From Bacillota bacterium (GTDB lineage: Bacteria; Bacillota; Limnochordia; Darwinibacteriales; Darwinibacteriaceae), in NCBI GenBank assembly GCA_030054835.1, contig JASGVS010000021.1, forward strand, positions 6,079 through 70,078: a stretch of 64,000 nucleotides of DNA. The letters run 5' to 3'. Below, in pieces: positions 10,491-20,857 of this stretch. How positions within the stretch are numbered: the stretch's first letter is position 1; each line of letters begins with the position of its first letter. The translations under genes and the position numbers were made by a program. Under the pieces are notes generated by a model. The model did not search any database. It worked only from the letters and a program-made list of their open reading frames with translations, and was not told where the DNA came from.

Positions 10491-12755
10491 TTGAAGTATA
10501 AGGAGGGGATCATTCTGTTTAATCGACAAAACGGTGACAGCGTCAGTCTTCGGCCTTACATACTCCCTGTTGCCCTGATTATTATCACCCTAATCGTGGG
10601 TGGCGGGTTTGTGTTGCGGGCTGTACGTAATTTCCATTTCCGCGTCCTCAATGAACAGTCTGTCCAATACGCTCACAGTTACGCCGATGGCATCACGAAA
10701 ACGGCCCAGGCTACCGCCGCCATCGATGAACTCTTGGAAGCAAAGCTTCTCACCGCAGGCAGAACGATCGCCCTTTACGAAGAGGAAGTGAGTGGAGAGA
10801 GCCTGGCAGCTCTGGCCGCTTCCCTGGAACTGGATGAGGTCTACTACTTCAACGCCGAGGGGGAAATACTCTTCTCAAACCACGGCCGTTATATAGGTTG
10901 GCGCCCACCTATTGGCCACCCAGTGGAAGATTTCATGCTGAGTGGAGATCAAATCAGGGTAGAAGAAATCCGGCCCGATACGGAATCGGGCAATCTGTTT
11001 AAGTATGCGTATATCCGCTCAGGCGGCGGGTTTTTTCAAATAGGTATTTCCGCCCAGACAGTGGAAGGGCTACTGCACGCCTTTCGGCCCGTCACCATTC
11101 TACGGGAAATCGCGGAGGGTTCTGAACACGTAGACAGCATCAGTTTCGTCAACAACGACTTTCGCATTGAAGAAAGCTCCGACCCTGCCCTAATCGGCCT
11201 CGAGCTCGATTCGCCTGACTTAAGGACTGGGCTGGCGGGCAGTGACGCCTTTTCCTTTGTTTACGCCCTGCAGGATGAGCCGTATTACTACGTCCACGCA
11301 CCTGTCATTGTAGATGGAGAAAGGGTGGGCGGCCTACTCATCAGCCGCTCCTTGGAAAACACCAACCGCCTGGTGCGCCAAACCACCGCCCTGGGCCTTG
11401 CTGCCTTTTCCATTGTTGGCTTGGCCCTGTTCTATGCCCTATACATGACTTACCGCCGGAAAAAGGAGTTGTACCAGCTGTCCAACCTGCATAGTGCGAC
11501 CGGTCTGCCTAACCGTCGCTCACTCCATAGGAGAATATCCAGGTGCAGCCAGCCCGGCTCTGCCCTGTTCTTAATACACATATACCGTTTGGACAACCTG
11601 GACCACACCTACGGTCACCGCTTTGTGGAAGGTTTCTTTCAAGACTTAGCCCGGCACCTGCAGGAAGCCTTCTCCCATCAATATGAGTTTGTCCATTACG
11701 CCGATAACCGCCTTGCCCTTTTCATCGAGGATGCCCTGAGTAGAGATACACTGGAAGATCTGGCCCAGCAGTTCAGCAATTCGGTTCTGGACTTTTTTGG
11801 CCAGATGGGTCTCTTGAAACAGTTGGGCGTTGGTGTCGCCATCGTGCAGGTAGGAGAAAACAACCACACTCCAGAAGAGCTCTTTGCCGATGGGGCCATT
11901 ACCCTTTTGAACCACTCCGAAGATTCTCCGTTGCCCTATACCTTTTTCAGCCAGTCCATGAAGGAAAGACTGCAGCGGGAAAACGCCATTTCTGAGGAGC
12001 TGCGCACATTCTTAATCGGCCAGAGGGACCAACTGCTTGCGGTGGAATTCCAGCCCATCCTCGATCTGGCAACCGGTGAAATAGCTGCCTTTGAAGCATT
12101 AACCCGTATGCGTTCACCTAATCTGGGTCAGGTTAGCCCGTTGGAGTTTATCTCCATCGCCGAAAGGGAGCAGCTCATTGGCGAGCTGGACCTGTGGGTG
12201 CTGAAGCAAGGCTGCCTCTTTCTCCGAAGGCTGGAACAGAGCGGTTTCCCCCAAGTCAGTGTGGCAGTCAACATCTCCGGGAAAGAGCTGTACAACCCCG
12301 CCTTCCCCAGCCGCGTTGGACTCGTCGTCCAGGAACACGGGATCAATCCGGCCCGCCTTGTCCTGGAGATTACCGAGTCCATCATGTTTGAGTCTTTTGC
12401 GGAAATCTCGGCAGCTATCAGGGAACTGAAAAAACACGGTGTGGAAATTGCCATTGATGACTTCGGGGTAGGCTACTCTTCCTTTGCCAGGCTGGAAGAG
12501 CTGCCCGTTGATGAGGTGAAAATCGATAAGTCCTTTATCGACGGCATTCTCACAAAAGACCGCGACCGCCTGATCATCGGTGAACTAGTGGCCATGTGTC
12601 ATAAACTCGGCTTAAGGGTTGTGGCGGAAGGGGTCGAAGAAGAAGAACAAAGGCAGTACCTCCGGGAACAGGGCTGCGATATGATGCAGGGCTTCCTGTT
12701 CAGCCGTTCACTGCCTATAGATACCGCTATAAACAAACTTAAGGGCGTGGTCTAG
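10491..12755 (+). CDS. membrane sensor protein with degenerate GGDEF and intact EAL domain (c-di-GMP phosphodiesterase-type)
   Basis: N-terminal TM + extracytoplasmic domain + TM; EAL motifs EALTR, DDFGVGYSS, KIDKSF; GGDEF region lacks GG(D/E)EF. Start codon uncertain: TTG 10491 vs CTG/ATT after AGGAGGGG RBS at 10501-10507. Confidence 0.8.
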   Translation: MKYKEGIILFNRQNGDSVSLRPYILPVALIIITLIVGGGFVLRAVRNFHFRVLNEQSVQYAHSYADGITKTAQATAAIDELLEAKLLTAGRTIALYEEEVSGESLAALAASLELDEVYYFNAEGEILFSNHGRYIGWRPPIGHPVEDFMLSGDQIRVEEIRPDTESGNLFKYAYIRSGGGFFQIGISAQTVEGLLHAFRPVTILREIAEGSEHVDSISFVNNDFRIEESSDPALIGLELDSPDLRTGLAGSDAFSFVYALQDEPYYYVHAPVIVDGERVGGLLISRSLENTNRLVRQTTALGLAAFSIVGLALFYALYMTYRRKKELYQLSNLHSATGLPNRRSLHRRISRCSQPGSALFLIHIYRLDNLDHTYGHRFVEGFFQDLARHLQEAFSHQYEFVHYADNRLALFIEDALSRDTLEDLAQQFSNSVLDFFGQMGLLKQLGVGVAIVQVGENNHTPEELFADGAITLLNHSEDSPLPYTFFSQSMKERLQRENAISEELRTFLIGQRDQLLAVEFQPILDLATGEIAAFEALTRMRSPNLGQVSPLEFISIAEREQLIGELDLWVLKQGCLFLRRLEQSGFPQVSVAVNISGKELYNPAFPSRVGLVVQEHGINPARLVLEITESIMFESFAEISAAIRELKKHGVEIAIDDFGVGYSSFARLEELPVDEVKIDKSFIDGILTKDRDRLIIGELVAMCHKLGLRVVAEGVEEEEQRQYLREQGCDMMQGFLFSRSLPIDTAINKLKGVV

Positions 12756-12760
12756 AGCGC

Positions 12761-14539
12761 CTAGCGCGCTCCACCACCGCCGCCGCCAAAGCCGCCGCCT
12801 CCACCACCGGTAAAGCCTCCCCCGGTTCCTGTGGTAGCTATGGACTGGGTTAGGGACGACTCAAAAGAATTGGTGAACCTTGTGAAGCGGCTGCTGGAGA
12901 AGGTATGGTAGTAGATGAACCAGCCGCTGCCGAAATTGTAAGCCCCGTCCCGGAGATCGGGGAAAACGAGATTAAGCTGATTGAGCAGCTGATCCCCAAC
13001 GCCCAGGATGTAGGCATAGGGTACATACTCTTCCCAGATGCCCAGGCTGCCAATGCGGCTGGTATCCACCCGGGAGAAGTCCTTCAGGTAGCGGCGAAGG
13101 GCACGCCACTTAGTGTACTGGGCCTGACCCTGGGGCGTCCGCCGCTCTGCCCCGAAGGCGGCCATAAAAAAGGTGACCAGGCCCATAATCAGGCAGGCAA
13201 TACCGGTAAGGAACATATCGAGGCTGAAGGGAATCCCGCAGCCGATGAAAAGGAGCGTGCCAGGGACAAGGAACCAGTACACGCGCTTATTGCCCTCAAA
13301 AAACTGATATTTTTTCCCTTCGGCATCGATCTCCTTTGACCATTCCTGCCAAAACTCGCGAAAATCCTTCTTCTCATCCCTAACGTACTCCTCAATTTCC
13401 GTTAAGCTGATGCGGTCCCGCTCCGTCCTTTCAAACAGGAAGGACAGGAGCTTTTGTTCATAACCGGAAAGCTTATCCCCGGCCGATTCGCTCCTTTCCC
13501 TACGGATAAAGGCGTAGTCGGCCTCATCTTTCCGCCTGCCTGCTTCAGGTGTTTCCTCAATTTGCAGATACCCACGCCGGGCAAGGTCTAATACAGTTGC
13601 CATGAACGTCTGTCCGTCAATGGGACGCTGCCAGAGGACACCCAATACAGCCGGGGGATACTTGGCGGGGAGTTCCTTGTAATACTTGTCTTTGAAACCC
13701 GGGTGGGGTTTGGCGTAGTTGTAGTAGATATAGGCGTTGAGGAGATAAAAGACTGCCACCACAATTAGGGCAGCATAGGGATCGAACTTCTTCAGTCTCT
13801 CCCGCCTTTCCCGCCTCTCAATCTTGCCCTCTTCCTCAGCCACAATCCCCGCCAAACCATCCTTGTTGGTGGTTCGTTCAGCCAGAGGCACAAGCCTGGT
13901 GGGAAAGACTACCCTGCCTTCCACGAAGGTGCGGGAGGGCAGATCGTCCACTTCCCAAACGATTTCCTGGGGTGAAGCAATGGTAACAACGCCCTGACGC
14001 GGCCCATGTCCCCAGGCCAGGATTTCATCCTGCTGAGCACCGTAAGGCAGCCACAGGGTTATCCGCACGTGATCTCTAGGCTTCTCCCACTGATCGCCGA
14101 CGAATTGGTAGTAAAACTCGGCCACATCGTTATGTTTCAAGACCACATTATCCAGTACATAGCTCAGCTGAAAGATCCGGATCTCATCTTCCGCCTCGAA
14201 ACTCCAGTCTATGTAAAGCTGGCCGTCCTTAGTGGTGACGAAGTAGGTGCCGGTCGGACCCGGTGAATCCCGCTCTAAGCGGGTGTAGGGAACCGAGTTT
14301 TCCGAGATGACCACATCCCGCACTTCCAAACCGCGGTCCAAATCGATCCACTGGTACATTCCCGTGTACCTGCCGTTGAACTGGACAGTGTGGGTTTCCG
14401 TTACACGCACAATACCGTCCGCACCGAGGCGAGCATCAATCTCCAGATCCAAAAAGTGATAGGAGCGCGCCAAAACCGGTTGTGCCAACAGTAACAGTAG
14501 AAGCAGTGGTAATATGAATAGCGCGGGTTTTCGCTGCAT
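12761..14539 (-). CDS. DUF2207-family membrane protein with C-terminal Gly-rich tail
   Basis: Signal peptide, large extracytoplasmic N-domain, 3 TM, C-terminal GGGFTGGGGGGFGGGGGG tail characteristic of DUF2207 proteins. Confidence 0.65.
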   Translation of the reverse strand: MQRKPALFILPLLLLLLLAQPVLARSYHFLDLEIDARLGADGIVRVTETHTVQFNGRYTGMYQWIDLDRGLEVRDVVISENSVPYTRLERDSPGPTGTYFVTTKDGQLYIDWSFEAEDEIRIFQLSYVLDNVVLKHNDVAEFYYQFVGDQWEKPRDHVRITLWLPYGAQQDEILAWGHGPRQGVVTIASPQEIVWEVDDLPSRTFVEGRVVFPTRLVPLAERTTNKDGLAGIVAEEEGKIERRERRERLKKFDPYAALIVVAVFYLLNAYIYYNYAKPHPGFKDKYYKELPAKYPPAVLGVLWQRPIDGQTFMATVLDLARRGYLQIEETPEAGRRKDEADYAFIRRERSESAGDKLSGYEQKLLSFLFERTERDRISLTEIEEYVRDEKKDFREFWQEWSKEIDAEGKKYQFFEGNKRVYWFLVPGTLLFIGCGIPFSLDMFLTGIACLIMGLVTFFMAAFGAERRTPQGQAQYTKWRALRRYLKDFSRVDTSRIGSLGIWEEYVPYAYILGVGDQLLNQLNLVFPDLRDGAYNFGSGWFIYYHTFSSSRFTRFTNSFESSLTQSIATTGTGGGFTGGGGGGFGGGGGGAR

Positions 14540-14685
14540 TGCAACCCCTCCTTTGCTAGTTTATTTCTACTAACAAATTCCCATTCCTCCCCCCTAAACG
14601 GGGCCATCGGTGCAGGATTCCCTGGACGTTAGTTGAATAGAAGGGTAAATTGCGAAATAAAGCACAAACAGGGAAGTGATCTGAG

Positions 14686-16611
14686 TTGCGGGTTAAAAGA
14701 ATCCTTTGGTCTGTACTCCTTGCCCTCCTGCTGGTTTCTGGTCTAGCTGCGGCCCAGGAAGTGCTGGGGGACGATTGGTATGTTATCGAGCAGGACGGGG
14801 TGGCCAGCGGCTATGGCCGCGACCAATGGTACAAAACGGAAGACGGGTATTATTTCAGCAGTTTCTTCGAGCTTAATCTTGAGTTCCTGGGCACAGCCTA
14901 CGTGCATCTAGAACATATAGACGCCTGGACAGATGCCGATTACAGGCTGATTAAAGTGCTGCGCATCAGCAGCATCGATGGTGCCCAGACCAGGCACGAA
15001 GCAGTGTTTACATATCATGAAAACAGCACCGAAATCGCTGTGACCAACACGGATACAACGGGCACAGAAAAGACCAGGGTGATTGAGCTGGCTGGAGCAA
15101 CACCCATCTACCTCAGCGATTCTTTCCTAGCAAAGCTCTTCAGCGAAGGAAAATTAGCTGTAGGCCAAACCTACACCTTTGCCCAGTGGGAACTGGACGA
15201 AGTGGTGGAAATGGAAATGCGGATTGACGAGGTCAAAGCATTCGAATACGCCGGTGAGGCAGTTGAGGTCTTTGTAGTCTTCCAGGATACGGGCTCCCTG
15301 GAAGCCACGGTTTGGGTTGACGCAGAGGGTCACACCTATCACTCCGAATCACTAGGGGGCAGCCTGGTCATTCGTAAGGTAGACCCCAACAATCTGCCCG
15401 AACTGCAGACTATGGCAGCTGATGTACTGATGGTGCCAGGCAACATTGCGGTCCAAAACCCCCACCGCAGCGAAGCCAGTCTTATCACAGTGGAATGGAA
15501 AGACATTCCCCTTGGTGATTTGTCCCTAACAGATAACCGTCAGACTATTACCCAGTCCCTTTCTAACACCTCTGTTCAGCTGGCAATTAAGCGGGAGGAA
15601 AGGGATTTTACCGGCCAAGTGCTGCTTCCCGTGCAAGATCCGACCTTTGCCCCCTACCTCGCGGATACGGACTACATCAGCCCATCAAACCCGGAGGTTC
15701 AGAACCTGGTTGAGGAGATCCTGGCAGGAGAAACGGACGGCTGGCAGGCTGCCCAGCTCATTTTGGCATGGGTTTACAACAACATCACCGCCCGGCTTGT
15801 GGCCCGCAATCTGACCACAGAGGAGATCCTGGCGGAGCGGGCTGGTAAATGCGCCGAGTATGCTACGCTGTACGCTGCCCTGGCCCGGGCGGCTGGGCTT
15901 CCCACCAAACTGGTTGTGGGGGAACGCTACATGGGCAGTATGTGGATCGCCCATATGTGGAATGAAATCTGGTTGGGTGAGTGGATCGCCGTTGACGCCT
16001 CCCATAATCAGATTGCCCCCGATGCCCTTTTGGTCAAGTTCACCGCGGGCGACACGCTGATCGGCACCAGGGATATCCGCCTCAGATTGGTAAGCAAACT
16101 AAGTATCACGATTGATGAGGTTAAAATGGCCGAATTGGGTATGGGGCCAGCAGTCAAAACGGGCCGGGACGGGCAGACGTACTATAACGCCGAGTACTAC
16201 TGTGAGATCGCAGTGCCGGAAGGTTGGATCACCATGGAAGGGGAAGACCAAGGCTTTCCCCTTTTGATCCTGGAAAACCCCCGGGATAGGAACTTTTCAG
16301 CCATTCTGGTCATGATGGGGGTTCCGAAAGGAACGAGAGCGGACCAGATCATGGCAGCGAGGATTGCCGCCATGCCCACCCTCCTCCCCAATTTCAAGTT
16401 CATTGGGGAAGGAACAGCTGTAATTCAAGGGGAGCTCGCTGCTGCGGCTTATTGGGCATACGGAAACGAGCCTCGCCTCAAACAGGCAAACCAGCTTCTG
16501 ATCAAAGAAGATGTGGCCTATATCTTTATCTTTACCGCCCTGGAAGAGGTGTGGGAGGATTACGAGTACCTGATTGAGACAATTACAGCCGGTTTTAAAA
16601 GTTATTTATAA
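14686..16611 (+). CDS. secreted transglutaminase-like superfamily protein
   Basis: Signal peptide; Cys-His-Asp core (GKCAEYATLYAALARAAGLP ... HMWNEIWL ... AVDAS) typical of transglutaminase-like cysteine protease domain; TTG start. Confidence 0.7.
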   Translation: MRVKRILWSVLLALLLVSGLAAAQEVLGDDWYVIEQDGVASGYGRDQWYKTEDGYYFSSFFELNLEFLGTAYVHLEHIDAWTDADYRLIKVLRISSIDGAQTRHEAVFTYHENSTEIAVTNTDTTGTEKTRVIELAGATPIYLSDSFLAKLFSEGKLAVGQTYTFAQWELDEVVEMEMRIDEVKAFEYAGEAVEVFVVFQDTGSLEATVWVDAEGHTYHSESLGGSLVIRKVDPNNLPELQTMAADVLMVPGNIAVQNPHRSEASLITVEWKDIPLGDLSLTDNRQTITQSLSNTSVQLAIKREERDFTGQVLLPVQDPTFAPYLADTDYISPSNPEVQNLVEEILAGETDGWQAAQLILAWVYNNITARLVARNLTTEEILAERAGKCAEYATLYAALARAAGLPTKLVVGERYMGSMWIAHMWNEIWLGEWIAVDASHNQIAPDALLVKFTAGDTLIGTRDIRLRLVSKLSITIDEVKMAELGMGPAVKTGRDGQTYYNAEYYCEIAVPEGWITMEGEDQGFPLLILENPRDRNFSAILVMMGVPKGTRADQIMAARIAAMPTLLPNFKFIGEGTAVIQGELAAAAYWAYGNEPRLKQANQLLIKEDVAYIFIFTALEEVWEDYEYLIETITAGFKSYL

Positions 16612-16615
16612 AGAT

Positions 16616-16645
16616 AAGGCGCGGACAAAATCCGCGCCTATTTTA
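16616..16645. terminator. bidirectional rho-independent terminator
   Basis: AGGCGCGGA-CAAAA-TCCGCGCCT hairpin flanked by A/T runs between convergent genes. Confidence 0.8.
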
Positions 16646-17510
16646 ACAGTAAGATGGGTATAAGCACAAAGCTGAGGGCAGTGGGTACCAACACGCCTAA
16701 GGTGGCCAGCTCCTCGTCTGCCCCCAACGTTGAGGCAACCATGGCGGTGGTCAAGAGCGGGGGCATGGCCAGCATCAAAAGGAGTATTTCCCGAAGGGGC
16801 TCCGCCAGATCCAAAAAGAGCAGAAAGGGAAGCCCGATGAGGGGACTTAGCACAAGGCGGTGCAGGACCACTCCCCACACTTCCCTACGCCAGGCCTTGG
16901 TCTCCAGCGTTATTGCCAGCAGCGAGCCTAAGATAAGCATGGCCGAAACAACGCACATACCGCTCAGAAGCTCCAATGCACCAAGGATGGGTTGGTATAA
17001 TTTCAGGCCTGACAGGCCTGCCGCTAAACCGGCGAGCAGGGCGAAGATGTTCCAGTTAAAGAGGCGCTTCAGACTGAACTTTGGCCCCTCCCTAAGTTCT
17101 GACACGCCGTAGCTCCAGTAATAAAGGGCGGCACCCAGTTCAAATAAGAAGGCGTAGACAACGTATTCGTCGCCAAATAGGGTCAGAATGATGGGCATGG
17201 GCAAAAAGATGTTGTTGCCATTGGTACAGAGAATCCCGTATAGGCCCTGTACCTTGCCCTCCAAGCCCAACTTGCGGCCGCTCCAGCGGGCGGTGAAGGC
17301 GAGCACAACGGAAACAATCAGGCCGATAACAACAAAAACCCAACCTTGACGCAGGGCGTCAAGTTCAATGTTTTTATACATGGATACAAACAGGAGGGCG
17401 GGAAAAGCAACCCGCACCACCAACCTACTCAGCTTGCGGTCGAAGCCTATATCCAATACACCCAGGCGGTGCAGGCCCATTCCCGTTAGTATCAACAGGA
17501 TAAGCATCAC
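16638..17510 (-). CDS. AEC (auxin efflux carrier) family membrane transporter
   Basis: ~290 aa, 8-10 TM helices, conserved central GILCTNGNNIFLPMPI region as in MleP/AEC permeases; GTG/ATG start. Confidence 0.6.
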   Translation of the reverse strand: MMLILLILTGMGLHRLGVLDIGFDRKLSRLVVRVAFPALLFVSMYKNIELDALRQGWVFVVIGLIVSVVLAFTARWSGRKLGLEGKVQGLYGILCTNGNNIFLPMPIILTLFGDEYVVYAFLFELGAALYYWSYGVSELREGPKFSLKRLFNWNIFALLAGLAAGLSGLKLYQPILGALELLSGMCVVSAMLILGSLLAITLETKAWRREVWGVVLHRLVLSPLIGLPFLLFLDLAEPLREILLLMLAMPPLLTTAMVASTLGADEELATLGVLVPTALSFVLIPILLLK

Positions 17511-17691
17511 AAAAGGTTCAATGATCTGCAGCGGTGATCCCCCTCTTCTAAGACTTAGCTAAACCCTGCTGTCAATCTTACCACTTCGGACCCCGGGCCT
17601 CAAGTACCATTCTTTTTGAGCCTGAACGGCAGGTATTAGCGCTAAAAGCACGAATTATCTAGCATAACCTTGTCCTTAAAGGAGCGATTGC

Positions 17692-18258
17692 ATGTCTAAG
17701 TATGAACGGTTGATAATCTACCCGTTGCTGTTCATTGCCCTCTTCTGCGCGTTGACAGGCGTGAATATGGTCAACGCAACTCAGCAGTTCATAGACAAAA
17801 TAGTGGCGAAGGAAATCGTGGTGATCAACGATGCAGGGGATACCGTGGCATCGTTCAAATACGATCAGGAAAAAGAAAACGTGAGTTTGGAGATGTATAA
17901 TGGGGACGGAGTCCGTACCCTCTCCCTCCTCTCCTACGATGACGGAGGGGCCATCGGCCTCTTTAACCGGGAAGGCTACCTCACAACGGCTATTCAAAAC
18001 GATGGCCAAGCTGGGACCCTTCACCTGTACAACGGCACGAGCAAGGAGACAAAACTGGTTGGCCTGCGCAGCGGCCTTTACGGCGGTGTGGTAGAAGTGA
18101 ATAACGCCAGGGGTCTTCCCACAGCCATCCTGGGCAACAACGCCCACAACAACGGCTATCTGGGTCTCTTTAGGGGAGAATTACTCGGCTTCTTAAGCCC
18201 CCAGATCATTCTGAATGTGGGTGAAACAGAAGCAACGATCGAAACTGCTAAGAAATAA
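17692..18258 (+). CDS. hypothetical membrane-anchored/secreted protein with ~20-aa Gly/Leu/Asn-rich internal repeats
   Basis: N-terminal hydrophobic anchor; four repeats of G-x-[LI]-x-L-[FY]-N-x-x-G; no known domain recognised. Confidence 0.5.
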   Translation: MSKYERLIIYPLLFIALFCALTGVNMVNATQQFIDKIVAKEIVVINDAGDTVASFKYDQEKENVSLEMYNGDGVRTLSLLSYDDGGAIGLFNREGYLTTAIQNDGQAGTLHLYNGTSKETKLVGLRSGLYGGVVEVNNARGLPTAILGNNAHNNGYLGLFRGELLGFLSPQIILNVGETEATIETAKK

Positions 18259-18276
18259 GACGGCACAAATATTGAA

Positions 18277-18320
18277 GCTCCTATTAGTGCAGCACACTGC
18301 GCTAATAGGAGCTTTTTTAT
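18277..18320 (+). terminator. rho-independent terminator
   Basis: AGCTCCTATTAGTGC-AGCACACT-GCGCTAATAGGAGCT followed by TTTTTTA. Confidence 0.9.
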
Positions 18321-18577
18321 TGACTCAGAGCCTGCCGCCCTTTTGCAGTGATGGCCAGGGTTGAAAGGGAAACCCGATTGCACATGGATGCGTAAGGACA
18401 GCCGCCGCAGGGCAGCTCGCAATCTGCCGGCCCATCATCCCTCTCCACAAAACCCAAACGGACAAGTTCATCCAAGGCCGCATCCACCAAGGCCAAGGGT
18501 TTACCAAGCTTGACTGCCAACTCCGGTTTGGACACGTACTCTCCGCTGGCCAAGGCCAGGAGCAGTTCCTTAATCAT
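18317..18577 (-). CDS. feoC: FeoC-like winged-helix protein with C-terminal Cys cluster
   Basis: 86 aa, HTH-like N-part and CELPCGGCPYASMC cluster; immediately downstream of feoB in same operon. Confidence 0.6.
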   Translation of the reverse strand: MIKELLLALASGEYVSKPELAVKLGKPLALVDAALDELVRLGFVERDDGPADCELPCGGCPYASMCNRVSLSTLAITAKGRQALSQ

Positions 18578-18594
18578 TCCTTTACCTCCAAACT

Positions 18595-20607
18595 CTAGGC
18601 AAAGCCCAGAAGCAAGCCGACGCGGTAAACCAAGACTGCGGCGAACCAGCCCAGGACGAAGGTATACACGGCACTAAAGGCCATCCATTTGGTGGAGCCC
18701 GTTTCCTTTTTGATGGTACCGAGCGTTGCCACACAGGGTGTGTAGAGCAGCGTCATCACCATAAAGGAAACGGCTGTAAGGGGTGTAAAGACAGAGCGAA
18801 TGGCCTCAATCAATTCTACGCCACTGTCCACCCCAGCATATACCATACCTAAAGTGGCTACTACCGATTCCTTAGCCGCAATACCTGAGAACAGGCCAAC
18901 GGCTGCCTGCCAGGTGCCGAAGCCGGCTGGGCGGAAAATGGGGGCAACAAACGTGCCGATTCTGCCTAAAATGCTTGCGGGACCGTAAGGTTCCACGCCG
19001 GTGGGCAGTACAGCTAAGATCCAGAGCAAACTTACAACCGCAAAAATGACCGTTCCGGCCCGTACCAAAAAACCGGACACGTTATCCCACATGTTACGCA
19101 GCACATTGCGTAGGGTAGGTTTGCGGTAAGGGGGCAGCTCCAGGATAAAGTGGGAGACTTCACCCTTAAACAGCGTTGCACTGAACAGCTTGCCCATAAG
19201 AAGGGCCACAATAATACCTAGACCGTAAACGGAAAACATAACTAGACCACCGTGCTCCGGGAAAAACGCCCCGATAAAGACCAGATAAATGGGTATCTTT
19301 GCCCCACAGGACATGAAGGGGTTAATCAAGATGGCGATCATCCTGTCCTTCTTATTCTCCAGGGTGCGGGTAGCCATTACCCCCGGCACGTTACAGCCGA
19401 AGCCCACCAGCATGGAGATGAAGCTTTTACCCTGCAGCCCCACTGCACGCATTATGTTATCCATAACATAGGCGGCCCGGGCCATATACCCGCTGTCCTC
19501 TAAAAAACCCATGAGCATATACAAAACTACGATTAATGGTACAAACTCCACTACCGCACCGAGACCGGCAAACACACCTTCAGAAAGGAAAGAAATAAGC
19601 CACTCAGGTGCACCCATTGTGGATAGTCCGCCCGTCACAAACTCGCCTAAAACCCCAATCCACCCTGCCACTATCCCGCCGAGCAGTTCTTCACCAATGG
19701 CAAAGGTGAGCTGAAACACGCCCAGCATGATCAGGGCGAAAATGGGCAGGCCGAAGTATTTATGGGTCACGATTTTATCGATCTTATCAGTCAAAGTTGG
19801 CACAGCCTCATCGGGCCGGCAGACCGTATCCGCTGTTACTTCACTGATAAACCTGTACCTATAATCTACAATTTCCAGCTGATACTGCTCCGCCCGAGGT
19901 TTGAGTTCACTCAGGAAAGCGGCGAGCTCCTGGGAGGATTTGAGCACCTCGTTTTCCTGCATGAGCCGCTCCGCGTATCCATCGCCCTCCAACAGCTGAA
20001 GAGCAAGCCACTGCCGGGGATAGTCGAGCCTCAGGCCGTCTAATAGATCCTGCAGTCTAGCCAGCTTGCCATCTAGGTCTTCTCCGTAGGTAATATGGGG
20101 GCGGCCGTTTAAAGGCGCGTTAATCAAGTCCGCAGCCGTGTCAAGGAGTATATCTATTCCCTTACGCCGGGAGGCTACGGTGGGTACAACAGGTACTCCC
20201 AGTCTTTCTGAGATGCCAGCCAGATCGACTTTGATCTGCTTTGCTTCCGCCTCATCAACCATATTCAAGGCCAGAACGACCTTGACGTTCATCTCCAGGA
20301 GCTGGGTAGTAAGGTATAAGTTCCGTTCAATATTAGTGGCGTCAACTACGTTGATCACCACATCCGCCCCTTGGCTGAGGATGAATTCCCGGGCGATCCT
20401 CTCGTCTTCTGCGTACGCCCCTAGGCTGTACGTGCCGGGCAGGTCAACGATCTCATACTCAACCCCTCCGTGGCGAACATAACCCACCTTTTTCTCCACC
20501 GTCACGCCGGGCCAGTTGCCCACATGGTGGTTAGAGCCGGTTAGGGCGTTAAAGAGTGTTGTTTTGCCGCTGTTTGGATTACCTACTAAGGCAATCGTCT
20601 TGCTCAT
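18595..20607 (-). CDS. feoB: ferrous iron transporter B
   Basis: N-terminal G-domain MSKTIALVGNPNSGKTTLFNALTG, followed by large polytopic membrane domain; 670 aa. Confidence 0.93.
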   Translation of the reverse strand: MSKTIALVGNPNSGKTTLFNALTGSNHHVGNWPGVTVEKKVGYVRHGGVEYEIVDLPGTYSLGAYAEDERIAREFILSQGADVVINVVDATNIERNLYLTTQLLEMNVKVVLALNMVDEAEAKQIKVDLAGISERLGVPVVPTVASRRKGIDILLDTAADLINAPLNGRPHITYGEDLDGKLARLQDLLDGLRLDYPRQWLALQLLEGDGYAERLMQENEVLKSSQELAAFLSELKPRAEQYQLEIVDYRYRFISEVTADTVCRPDEAVPTLTDKIDKIVTHKYFGLPIFALIMLGVFQLTFAIGEELLGGIVAGWIGVLGEFVTGGLSTMGAPEWLISFLSEGVFAGLGAVVEFVPLIVVLYMLMGFLEDSGYMARAAYVMDNIMRAVGLQGKSFISMLVGFGCNVPGVMATRTLENKKDRMIAILINPFMSCGAKIPIYLVFIGAFFPEHGGLVMFSVYGLGIIVALLMGKLFSATLFKGEVSHFILELPPYRKPTLRNVLRNMWDNVSGFLVRAGTVIFAVVSLLWILAVLPTGVEPYGPASILGRIGTFVAPIFRPAGFGTWQAAVGLFSGIAAKESVVATLGMVYAGVDSGVELIEAIRSVFTPLTAVSFMVMTLLYTPCVATLGTIKKETGSTKWMAFSAVYTFVLGWFAAVLVYRVGLLLGFA

Positions 20608-20620
20608 CCTGTTTCCTCCC

Positions 20621-20857
20621 CTACAACCGCTCCAATTTCTTTACCAGCATTTTCTCGGCCAAACCCCGACCTAAAGCAATTTTGTTCCCTTCCAGAGCAA
20701 CAATTAAAGGTCCGAAGTCATTTTTCATGACCCGCACCTGAGCACCAGTGTTAAAACCCATTTCATAAAGGCGTTTTGTAGCATTTGCCCCCGCCGCTAT
20801 TCTCTGCACTCTGCCACATTCACCTGCTGCTAAGTCTACTAACGATCTGAGCTCCAT
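20621..20857 (-). CDS. feoA: ferrous iron transport protein A
   Basis: 79-aa FeoA/SH3-like domain (GECGRVQRI...G...G..V); start ATG 20857 with GGGGAGGG RBS. Confidence 0.85.
   Translation of the reverse strand: MELRSLVDLAAGECGRVQRIAAGANATKRLYEMGFNTGAQVRVMKNDFGPLIVALEGNKIALGRGLAEKMLVKKLERL

Noticed and set aside
12905-13339. 144-aa plus-strand ORF antisense to the DUF2207 gene (and similar antisense ORFs at 8991-9482, 22282-22851, 33480-34193, 55250-56620)
   Set aside because: These lie entirely inside well-supported genes on the opposite strand. They have low-complexity Ala/Pro/Arg-rich composition typical of antisense frames in GC-rich DNA, and no RBS. They are spurious.
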